Of a stretch of DNA of 64,000 bases, positions 19,801 to 27,195 are shown in pieces. The notes under the pieces are model-generated. The model did not search any database. It was not told the origin of the DNA and worked only from the letters and a program-made list of their open reading frames with translations. Position numbers and translations under genes: made by a program. Origin of the DNA: Candidatus Micrarchaeota archaeon (GTDB lineage: Archaea > Micrarchaeota > Micrarchaeia > Micrarchaeales > CABMGC01); contig JAGDYB010000019.1 in assembly GCA_023270055.1 (NCBI GenBank), positions 32,129-96,128 on the forward strand, given 5' to 3'. The first letter of the stretch is position 1, and every line of letters starts with the position of its first letter.

Positions 19801-19949
19801 TAGTGTATCCTCAAAATTTCACTGGTATGAACTATATCAACTCTACTGCGCCGGTAATGATATTCAAGCTGGATAACTATAGCGGTGGTGCCGCACCGGT
19901 AACGCCAAAGCCTCCGTGGATAAAGAATAACTACACAATGCCTGGCTAA
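16866..19949 (+). CDS. aglB: Oligosaccharyltransferase AglB/STT3 with N-terminal 3-TM plus coiled-coil extension
   Basis: Catalytic 'WWDYGDWI' motif, first-loop 'FEFDPYFD' acidic motif, many TM helices. 1027 aa. Residues about 1-205 are extra: three TM helices plus a charged heptad-like segment. Confidence 0.9.
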   Translation: MPLLTIFIAFLAIIVPGFFLALALLRKTMLNLFEITVIGFIFGLIFPPVLTWFESYFINSIHAFSFSAGLYNVNVVILTIIGIALCIQQGAIKIPGITRKDEVKEIIVEEKDYRSRINDLRQRIKLLNTDLTLVNKHEEEENALKRRQEAELASLQGLSEEEKEKIKSMHEEEVKKLVEEHEKEEMLLIKSSKNEKNSIPSSATWLILLFLMLLTFSTRMLSIGIAPKFFEFDPYFDMISTEYILTYGYQLLYDHAAWPTVATGTSHRIQPIIPYLEAYWYDLANSLDFHYTTLNTTLLSDVSSFYPPIAAALLVFVIFLFLYHEYGSFTALVGASLATFMPTLITTFVAGEQLLEPWGIFAMFFFYATYFLAVKHSKERRFAVLAGIAFASTFLGAHYYTVNAGVMAIYILLQGVYLILKKRETRDFYITNAIVIITFSIFYLIYSPYNATLTERIPSFLGVPSIIGFPLAAFLIIMIYEYVPILLNKFKITNLKINRSLYVEWLVLLVIIALLLVAFTSVGKPIKSYLNLSYKFTHPSTPLFMTVQEFEPSGINFDFGSAGFGIIAVQFGGFSILLWAVIIAFTVIEILLLLYRNSMSSILLLAAVWPLIIAAMAEVKYIPHFGVAYILALSIIFGELLIYAEKNKLSSNNKINLKNVVYAIGLFVVFAEALVLVPILSAVSNPNCAVLSNPNNPNAIGYDLYCNVVPSYWLSATAWMKSHVGPYAARILSWWDYGDWINWFGNSNAVIRGDNSVPSLDEAVAAQYVLSPQDGFGPKTLANFMNKNQTEYVVFDNALQQKWGALDFLACVYVNETSEQYAEQQASVLNASQPYVLGQSTCEVNHAPVYALVPLNTSIISNFCQSSNSSAVAIKTILIQGNHEPPLTVGTYCIPENGLNNPVVRLYNQTGKPTNMLIVQSSQFFYGYAKIPGMGVVADFMVLYTPNGPNYTITDAPSLFYNSTYYKAFFFGHLKGFTLVYPQNFTGMNYINSTAPVMIFKLDNYSGGAAPVTPKPPWIKNNYTMPG

Positions 19950-20022
19950 GTCCCAGTTTTTGGCACTTTGCAGCCATATTTTTATATATAAAAAGAGAAT
20001 ATATTTTACAGGGCGCAGATTG

Positions 20023-21165
20023 ATGAAATTGCTTATAGTGCAACCGTTCCTGAACATAAAAGGGGGATATGCAAGAGTGATACTAAAGATAGCGCAGTAT
20101 TACGATGCAACGATCTACACACTTGAATATGAAAAGGACAAGACGTTTGACGAATTCAAGTCCATAAACATAAAAACCATATCAAAACATGTGCCCTTTT
20201 CAGAAATGTTACCATACAGAGCGTCACAGGGTCTCAGGTACGGCTACGCCTTTTACAACATGAAGCTTGAAGACGACTTCGATCTCATAAATGCGCACAT
20301 ATCCCCAAGTGAATTTATTAGACATAAGAATTCGCCTGTTTTATGGTATTGCCATACTCCTCCCCGCGAGGTATACGACATGTACAGCATAAGGATGAAA
20401 GGCAGATCCTATAAGGACAAAATCGTCTACGCCTCCTTCGTCAGCGTATACAAGTTTCTTGCTAAAGGCATAGTAAACAATATAGAGGAAATTGCAACAA
20501 ACAGCAACAACACAAAGAGCAGGATTAAGAAATACTTCATGCGCGATTCAACGGTAATATCCCCCGGAGTGGACTATGAATTATTTTCTAATAAAAACGA
20601 CGAAAAATATTTCTTGTATCCTTCTAGGATAACCCCCACCAAGAGGCAGGAATATGCGATAAAAGCATTCCAGAGGTTTCTGAAGATGAGTAGCGACAAG
20701 CATTACAAACTCATACTTGCAGGGGAGCTTTCCAGCGATCCAGAGCATAGGCAATATTTCCAGAAGCTGAGCAAAATGGCTAGCAAAAACGTGGTGTTCA
20801 AGATTGATGTGACGGATAAGGAACTGATTGATCTATACGCGCATTCAACCGCGGTTCTTTTTACCTCTATAAATGAGGATTTTGGAATAGTCCCTCTTGA
20901 AGCAATGGCAAGTTTCAAACCTATAATCTCGGTTAACGAGGGCGGGCCAAAAGAGACTGTAGTAAACAACGAGACAGGTTTTCTTGTAAATTCGCCAGAG
21001 GAAATGGCGCAGAAGATGCTGCTTGTTTCAGAAAACAAGGCGCTTGCCGAGAAGCTCGGCAGGAACGGACGTCAGAGGGTAGTAAAAAACTATAGTTGGG
21101 ACGTATTTTTGTCCAAGTTCGACAGGCTAGCAAGAAAGACGATAAAGGAAAACAGCGAAAGATAG
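20023..21165 (+). CDS. GT4-family glycosyltransferase
   Basis: C-terminal 'EDFGIVPLEAMASFKPIISVNEGGPKETV' (E-x7-E). I prefer the ATG at 20023 ('MKLLIVQPFLN'). Confidence 0.85.
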   Translation: MKLLIVQPFLNIKGGYARVILKIAQYYDATIYTLEYEKDKTFDEFKSINIKTISKHVPFSEMLPYRASQGLRYGYAFYNMKLEDDFDLINAHISPSEFIRHKNSPVLWYCHTPPREVYDMYSIRMKGRSYKDKIVYASFVSVYKFLAKGIVNNIEEIATNSNNTKSRIKKYFMRDSTVISPGVDYELFSNKNDEKYFLYPSRITPTKRQEYAIKAFQRFLKMSSDKHYKLILAGELSSDPEHRQYFQKLSKMASKNVVFKIDVTDKELIDLYAHSTAVLFTSINEDFGIVPLEAMASFKPIISVNEGGPKETVVNNETGFLVNSPEEMAQKMLLVSENKALAEKLGRNGRQRVVKNYSWDVFLSKFDRLARKTIKENSER

Positions 21166-21174
21166 CCAAATTGC

Positions 21175-21492
21175 TTATTTTGCCGGCTCCTCTTCTATTG
21201 TGTATTTTGATATTATTTTAGTCGCATAGTCAAGTACTTTTTTAATGTTGCTTTCAGTGCTAGAGCCGGTGCAAATCAGCTTTCCATTCTTGAATAGTAT
21301 TATGACCGCTTTCGGTTCCTTGACCCTGAAAATTGCGCCAGGGAACTGCTCAGGCTCATAGTCAACTTCCCTAACATTTTTTGACAGTGCATAAAGGTTT
21401 ATCGTCGCATGTAAATCTGCACTTACGACAATATTCTCTATTCTTATTTCGGGCTTCAGGTTGAGCTTTCTTTCACTCTTCTCTTGCGCCAT
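21175..21492 (-). CDS. Single-repeat TATA-binding-protein-like protein (half-size TBP, about 105 aa)
   Basis: From the ATG at 21492: '[12 protein letters not shown]...[37 protein letters not shown]'. This matches one TBP repeat, most like the C-terminal repeat of archaeal TBPs. No second repeat is present in frame or adjacent. Confidence 0.7.
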   Translation of the reverse strand: [105 protein letters not shown]

Positions 21493-21518
21493 AATATCAG
21501 TATACATATAAAAACCAA

Positions 21519-21531
21519 CATTTAAATATTT
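21519..21531 (-). promoter_or_regulatory. TATA-box-like element for the TBP-like gene
   Basis: Minus-strand 'AATATTTAAATG' lies about 29-38 nt upstream of the ATG at 21492. This is consistent with a near-leaderless transcript. Confidence 0.4.
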
Positions 21532-21763
21532 GCAACTTTTTCTCCAGGCAAATAAATGGCATAGTTTGGCTGGTTTGTAACAACAGCACATATCTTTGCA
21601 AAGCCATCGTTTAGTCTAAAATAAAAATATAAGAATGCCGTATTTACGAGACAAACATTTAAATTTTTATCGCGGCATATTATTAACAAGATAGAGCTAC
21701 AGAAGTGCTGCTAATTCGTAACGTTTATTCATAATCAGTTTTTGTGCTGAAAACGGTGATAAT

Positions 21764-23425
21764 ATGGCTGAAAATCAATTGCAAGGCGGACAACAGTATC
21801 TGTTTTTGCCTGAAGGGGCAACAAGAATTTTGGGCAGGGAAGCCCAGAGGACAAACATAGCTGTCGCATATGCGGTAGCTAGCTTGATAAGGACAACATT
21901 GGGCCCTAAGGGAATGGACAAAATGCTGGTCAGCGAGCTTGGAGACATAGTGATCACAAACGATGGTGCAACGATCTTGGAGGAGATGAACGTAGAGCAC
22001 CCGGTAGCGAAGATAATGGTTGAAGTCGCAAAAACCCAGGATAAGGAAGTGGGCGACGGCACGACCACAGCGGTGATACTTTCCGGAGAGCTTTTGAAAA
22101 GCGCCGGCAATCTCCTGGACAAGGGTGTGCACCCGTCAATCATAATAAAAGGGTACAAGATGGCTGCTGACAAGGCGAGAGAGATCCTTTCCGACTACTC
22201 ATACACGCTCACGATTTCCGACGAGGATAAGCTGAACCAGATAGCGTACGTGGCGCTAGCATCAAAGAACGTCGGCAGCGATGCCTCAAAGAAGTACATA
22301 TCAAAGCTTACAATACAGGCAATAAAACAAGTTGCAGAGCAACGCGACGGCAAGGTTGTTATTGACAACGACCTTATAAAGATAGAAAAGAAGGAGGGTG
22401 GAAGCGTAGATGACACAGAGTTCATAAACGGGGTTCTTATAGACAAGGAAGTTGCACATCCTGGCATGCCTAAGCAGGTGAAGAACGCAAAGATCGCGCT
22501 GCTTGATGTTGCGCTTGAAATTGAAAAGACTGAGACCGATGCGCGCATCGAGATAACCTCACCAGACCAGATGCAGGCATTCCTGGAGCAGGAGGAAAAA
22601 ATGCTGAAGAGCATGGTGGAGAAGATAGAGAAGAGCGGCGCAACCGCGGTTTTCACGCAGAAGGGCATAGACGACATAGCGCAGCACTATCTTGCCAAGG
22701 CGGGCATAATGGCTGTTAGGCGCGTCAAAAAGAGCGATATCGAGAAGCTTTCAAAGGCCACAGGCGGAAGGCTTGTAACAAGCCTGGACGACTTGACGGC
22801 TGACGATCTCGGCTACGCTGGCTTAATAGAAGAGAGAAAGGTATCCGGCGAGGAAATGGTATTCGTGGAGAAGTGCAAAGACCCAAAGAGCGTGACTCTG
22901 TTCGTCAGGGGATCAACATCCCAGGTAGTCAACGAGGCAGAGAGATCGATAAAAGACGTGCTTGGCGCCTTGACAAGCGCAATAGAGGAAGGCAGGTACG
23001 TCATAGGCGGCGGGAGCATAGAAATAGATCTAGCAAACAAGCTCAGGGAATATGCGGCAGGCGTCGGTGGCAGAGAACAACTTGCAATCCAGGAGTTTGC
23101 TGAAGCGGTTGAAATAATACCGAAGATACTTGCGGACAGCGCAGGCATGGATCCGATAGACACGCTGGTGCAGCTCAGGAGCAAACACAAGAACAAGGAT
23201 GGCAAGGTATACGGAGTCAACATCTACGAAGGTGCTATAGCAGACATGAACAAGCTCGGAGTAATAGAACCGCTGAAGGTAAAGGAGCAGGCAATAGCGA
23301 GCGCTAGCGAGGCAGCAGAGATAATACTGAGAATAGACGACATGATAAGCTCCAAGAGCAGGCCTCCAGCAGGCGGAGAGGGCGGCATGGGGGCCCAGGG
23401 CGGAGGCATGGGCGAAGCAGACTAA
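21764..23425 (+). CDS. ths: Thermosome (group II chaperonin) subunit
   Basis: 'GPKGMDKML', 'VGDGTTTAVILSGELL', 'VIGGGSIEIDLA', GGM-like tail 'GGEGGMGAQGGGMG'. GGTGA Shine-Dalgarno 4 nt upstream. Confidence 0.95.
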   Translation: MAENQLQGGQQYLFLPEGATRILGREAQRTNIAVAYAVASLIRTTLGPKGMDKMLVSELGDIVITNDGATILEEMNVEHPVAKIMVEVAKTQDKEVGDGTTTAVILSGELLKSAGNLLDKGVHPSIIIKGYKMAADKAREILSDYSYTLTISDEDKLNQIAYVALASKNVGSDASKKYISKLTIQAIKQVAEQRDGKVVIDNDLIKIEKKEGGSVDDTEFINGVLIDKEVAHPGMPKQVKNAKIALLDVALEIEKTETDARIEITSPDQMQAFLEQEEKMLKSMVEKIEKSGATAVFTQKGIDDIAQHYLAKAGIMAVRRVKKSDIEKLSKATGGRLVTSLDDLTADDLGYAGLIEERKVSGEEMVFVEKCKDPKSVTLFVRGSTSQVVNEAERSIKDVLGALTSAIEEGRYVIGGGSIEIDLANKLREYAAGVGGREQLAIQEFAEAVEIIPKILADSAGMDPIDTLVQLRSKHKNKDGKVYGVNIYEGAIADMNKLGVIEPLKVKEQAIASASEAAEIILRIDDMISSKSRPPAGGEGGMGAQGGGMGEAD

Positions 23426-23442
23426 AGTAGCGAAGTAGCCTA

Positions 23443-23490
23443 ATTTTTGTTTTTTTGCTTTTTCTGTTTTATGCTTTATTGCTGTTTGTT
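23443..23490 (+). terminator. Oligo-T-rich putative terminator after the thermosome gene
   Basis: Runs 'TTTTTGTTTTTTTGCTTTTTCTGTTTT' immediately downstream of the stop. Archaeal termination typically uses T tracts. Confidence 0.4.
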
Positions 23491-23618
23491 CGCCGTCGCG
23501 CTACGGCGAAATCTTTATATAATTTGCAGATAAAGAGATATTGCTTTTTTCTTTCCCAGTTTAGCGGTTTCAAGGCTTAGCAGTACATGCACGGTACGTG
23601 CTTTAGGTGATGTTCTAT

Positions 23619-24179
23619 ATGGCGAATGTCGTAATTGTGGTGGGGACTCCGGGCGCAGGGAAGACGTCGATAGTCAGCGCGCTGAGCAAGGACTACAAAG
23701 TAGTAAACATAGGCACCGAGATGCTCAAGGCAACAGAGGGCAAGGTGGCGGATAGGGACAAGCTCAGGACCTTACCTTTTGAGGACATACGCTATTACCG
23801 CGCCAAGGCTCTTGTAAACATAGACCATATGCCAGGGAACATCATATTCGATACACATATTGCAGTCAAGAGTGGAAACCGCTTCGTGCCCGGATTCAGC
23901 GCCGAAGAGATAAAAGAGCTAAAAAACCTCAAATCGATAATATATATAGATGCGACCCCGGAGGAAATCCGCATGCGCAGGGAGAGAGACCAGTCGCGAA
24001 GGAGGGACATGGATACGCCAGAGGAGATTGCAGAGCAGCGGGACATATCTATTAATTTTATAAGCACGTACGCAGCATACTTTGGCATACCTATTTATAT
24101 CTTAAAAAACAAGGAGAATAAATTAGATGAGAGCATATCTGAAGCAGAGAGAATATGCAAGGAGTCGTTTAGTGATTGA
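23619..24179 (+). CDS. adkA: Archaeal-type adenylate kinase
   Basis: P-loop 'VVGTPGAGKTS'. Conserved order adk, DUF106, L34e, cmk, L14e. I prefer the ATG at 23619. Confidence 0.85.
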   Translation: MANVVIVVGTPGAGKTSIVSALSKDYKVVNIGTEMLKATEGKVADRDKLRTLPFEDIRYYRAKALVNIDHMPGNIIFDTHIAVKSGNRFVPGFSAEEIKELKNLKSIIYIDATPEEIRMRRERDQSRRRDMDTPEEIAEQRDISINFISTYAAYFGIPIYILKNKENKLDESISEAERICKESFSD

Positions 24180-24668
24180 ATGCTTGAACTTTTAGTGCTT
24201 TTTGAGCTTTTACTAATAGCCATAGCCTATACGCTTTTCTCAGTGTTTTTGCAGCGGAAGCTTTCTAATATGAAGAGAATGCGCGAGATCCAGCAGGCAA
24301 TGAACGACAAGACCAAGGAATTGGCGCAGCTGAGCAAAGCGAATCCGAACAGCGCCGAGCTTCAAGCAAAACAGAAGGAGATCATGTCGATGGCGTCTGA
24401 GAGCATGAGGCTCCAGATAAAACCAATGATAATAATACTTCCCCTTTTTGTAATTGTATACGACCTGCTGCTTCCAATGGGTTTTGCACATGCTGACTTT
24501 TCCCTAATGCTTGCTTCAGTAAAGCTTACTTACCAGACTTTCTTCCTTGTTGTAGTATTTGTGCTTGGGATGGCGATTTCAATAAGCCTGATGGCAATTG
24601 ACAGAAAGAAGGCCAAGGTTGAAAAACAACAGCAAATTCAGGCCGCAGAACCCCAAAAAACCATATAA
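24180..24668 (+). CDS. DUF106-family membrane protein (archaeal YidC/Oxa1-like)
   Basis: 162 aa: a TM helix, a charged coiled segment, then two TM helices. Conserved position directly after adk. Confidence 0.55.
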   Translation: MLELLVLFELLLIAIAYTLFSVFLQRKLSNMKRMREIQQAMNDKTKELAQLSKANPNSAELQAKQKEIMSMASESMRLQIKPMIIILPLFVIVYDLLLPMGFAHADFSLMLASVKLTYQTFFLVVVFVLGMAISISLMAIDRKKAKVEKQQQIQAAEPQKTI

Positions 24669-24671
24669 AAG

Positions 24672-25007
24672 GTGTTTAATTTGCCACAACCGCGATATAG
24701 ATCGAGAAGCTATAGGAGATTGGCTAGGGTCACGCCAAAGAAAAGGAACGTAACGCATTACGTGCGGAAAAGCTCAGCGCTTCCACACTGTGCAATTTGC
24801 GGGAAGGAGCTCAACGGCATATCCTCAAGCAGGAAGGCCAAGGGCAAGACGCTCAAGTCGAACGCTAGGATATTCGGTGGCGTTCTATGTTCCTCATGCA
24901 CAGCCGAAGTGATAAAGCTGGCAAGCAGGATAGAAAACGGCGAGATGAAGCTTAACGACATAAACATAAAACAGCGCGAGTACGTGCTGCAGATGATTTC
25001 ACATTGA
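24672..25007 (+). CDS. rpl34e: Ribosomal protein L34e (eL34)
   Basis: 'YRSRSYRRLARVTPKKRNVTHYVRK...CAICGKELNGI'. Confidence 0.85.
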   Translation: MFNLPQPRYRSRSYRRLARVTPKKRNVTHYVRKSSALPHCAICGKELNGISSSRKAKGKTLKSNARIFGGVLCSSCTAEVIKLASRIENGEMKLNDINIKQREYVLQMISH

Positions 25008-25017
25008 GTGTGCTGAA

Positions 25018-25539
25018 ATGATAATTTGCATCTCTGGCTATACAGGCTCTGGCAAGACTACGGTAGGTGAACTGCTGGCAAAGGAGCTCGGAATAAGACA
25101 CATAGCGCACTCGTACAAGGATTTTGCCTCAGGGAAGGAAAACGTGATAAATGTAATAAAAAAAGCTGACTCCCGTTTTGCCAAGGATTTTGACAGCCAA
25201 GTGGTGAAAGAGGCGAAGAAGCAAGATTGCGTGGTGACAACGTGGCTTGGCCCGTGGCTTATAAAAGATGCAACACTCAGAATATGGCTTAATGCGAGCT
25301 TGGAGAGCAGAGCAAAAAGAATCGCACGCGACAAGGGCATGAGCGTTGCCAAGGCAAAAAAGTATGTTATGGAAAAAGACAAGCTTACGGCGGCGCATTT
25401 CAAGCGAATATACAAGATAGATCTAGCGGATCATTCGCAGTTCGATGCGGAGATAAATACTGAGAAGTACAAGCCCAAGGAAATAGCTTCGATAATAGCA
25501 TATCTTTCTATTGAAAAATCAAAAAGAAGGTTTGATTGA
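25018..25539 (+). CDS. cmk: Cytidylate kinase (archaeal type)
   Basis: P-loop 'ICISGYTGSGKTTVGELLAKELG'. 173 aa. Conserved position. Confidence 0.85.
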   Translation: MIICISGYTGSGKTTVGELLAKELGIRHIAHSYKDFASGKENVINVIKKADSRFAKDFDSQVVKEAKKQDCVVTTWLGPWLIKDATLRIWLNASLESRAKRIARDKGMSVAKAKKYVMEKDKLTAAHFKRIYKIDLADHSQFDAEINTEKYKPKEIASIIAYLSIEKSKRRFD

Positions 25540-25788
25540 ATGGCACTAATAGAAATCGGAAGAGTTTGCGTCAAGAAGTATGGGCGCGATGCAGGAAGCA
25601 GAGGGATCATAACAAAAGCGATCGACAAGAACTTCGTGAATATAATTACTGCAGATAGGCTCAAGGAGCGCAGGTGCAACATAAAACATTTGGAGCTTCT
25701 CAATAGCAAGGTGGACCTAAAAGATAAGGAGGCTGTTGCAAAGGCGCTCGAGTTACAGCCCAAAGAAGCAGAGAAGCTAAAGATATAA
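25540..25788 (+). CDS. rpl14e: Ribosomal protein L14e (eL14)
   Basis: KOW-like 'IEIGRVCVKKYGRDAGSRGII'. 82 aa. Starts directly after the cmk stop. Confidence 0.85.
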   Translation: MALIEIGRVCVKKYGRDAGSRGIITKAIDKNFVNIITADRLKERRCNIKHLELLNSKVDLKDKEAVAKALELQPKEAEKLKI

Positions 25789-25872
25789 TTGTCTAGCTCG
25801 ACATCGCGCTGAAACAATTAGCTACACTTCTAATTAGCATATCAATAAATATTTTGCCAGCATTATCCTATC

Positions 25873-27195
25873 ATGATAAAAATAGATAGGAAGATAACCG
25901 ACATAATAAAGCGCGACAGGAAAGTCATAATGACAACAACACGCGAATCGTATCCTTTCGTACCAGACCACGGTGACGGCGATTTCATATATGATATTTC
26001 TGGAAACAAGTTTATCGATTTCTCCAGCTTCATAAGCGTATATAATTTCGGCGTGAACGCAAACAAAGAAGTGCGGGAGGCAATAAAAAAACAAGTCGAC
26101 AAGCTTATGCATCCAGCATTCACAGATTATTATGGCGAGTTGCCAGTCAAGTTCGCAGAGAAGTTAGTAAAAATGTTTCCTAGCGGTTTTGGGAAAGTGT
26201 TTTTCTCCAACTCTGGCACCGAAGCAAACGAAGCAGCGATGAAATTTGCCCGCATATTCACAAAAAGAACCTACATACTCGCATTTTACAATTCTTTTCA
26301 CGGAAGGACGCTTGGATCCCTTGGGATGACTGCGTCTAAGGTTGTGCAGAGGGAATATTTCGGCCCTTTCGCAAACATTGTGCATGCACCTTTCCCATAT
26401 CCATACAGATGCCCTTTTGACCACGAGCAGTTTGAATGTGGCATGGATTACATAAATTTCATAGAGAACTATATATTCAGGAAGGAAGTATCACCAGAGG
26501 AAATTGCAGCAGTATTTATAGAGCCAGTACAGGGCGAAGGGGGTTATATAGTCCCGCCCAAAAAGTTCATTACTGAACTGAGAAAAATAACGTCTGAACA
26601 CGGCATATTGCTTATCGATGACGAGGTACAGGCTGGCAACTTTCGCACTGGCAAGTTTCTTGCGCTGGACAATTTCGGCGTGTCAGCTGACATATACACG
26701 ATGGCAAAATCGGTAGGAGCTGGCATACCTATAGGTTTGACTGTATCCAGAAACTCGCTCGGGAGCATACCAGCAGGTGCCCACGCCAATACGTTTGGTG
26801 GCAACCTTGTTGCTGTTTCCGCAGCAAACGCATTGCTCGATTACGTGACAAGGAACAAAACGCGCATAGAGCGCGGGGTAAAGGCCAAGGGAGCGTATGC
26901 AATGAAAAGGCTAAACGAGATGAAGGACAAATACGAGATAATAGGCGATGTGAGGGGCATCGGGCTTATGATAGGCGTTGAAATTGTAAAGGACAAAAAA
27001 TCGAAAGCTCCAGGGATCAAGGAGCGCGAGAAGATACTCAATGACAGCTTTTACAACGGGTTGGTTCTGCTTCCCGCAGGCGAATCTTCAATAAGGATAA
27101 TACCGCCGCTTACCGTAGCCGATGAAAATCTGAGGAAAGGCCTTGACATATTCGAGAATGCGGTGAAAAAAGCCAACTCAGACAAAGCGGTTTAA
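25873..27195 (+). CDS. Class III PLP-dependent aminotransferase (acetylornithine/GABA aminotransferase family)
   Basis: 'FSNSGTEANEAAMKFAR', 'LLIDDEVQAGNFRTGKF', PLP-Lys region 'YTMAKSVGAGIPIG'. 440 aa. Confidence 0.85.
   Translation: MIKIDRKITDIIKRDRKVIMTTTRESYPFVPDHGDGDFIYDISGNKFIDFSSFISVYNFGVNANKEVREAIKKQVDKLMHPAFTDYYGELPVKFAEKLVKMFPSGFGKVFFSNSGTEANEAAMKFARIFTKRTYILAFYNSFHGRTLGSLGMTASKVVQREYFGPFANIVHAPFPYPYRCPFDHEQFECGMDYINFIENYIFRKEVSPEEIAAVFIEPVQGEGGYIVPPKKFITELRKITSEHGILLIDDEVQAGNFRTGKFLALDNFGVSADIYTMAKSVGAGIPIGLTVSRNSLGSIPAGAHANTFGGNLVAVSAANALLDYVTRNKTRIERGVKAKGAYAMKRLNEMKDKYEIIGDVRGIGLMIGVEIVKDKKSKAPGIKEREKILNDSFYNGLVLLPAGESSIRIIPPLTVADENLRKGLDIFENAVKKANSDKAV

Noticed and set aside
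21493-21591. N-terminal 33-codon extension of the TBP-like ORF ('MCCCYKPAKLCHLFAWRKSCKYLNVGFYMYTDI').
   Set aside because: It covers the TATA-like promoter element and has non-protein-like composition. The ATG at 21492 gives a clean single TBP repeat, so the extension does not hide a degenerate first repeat.
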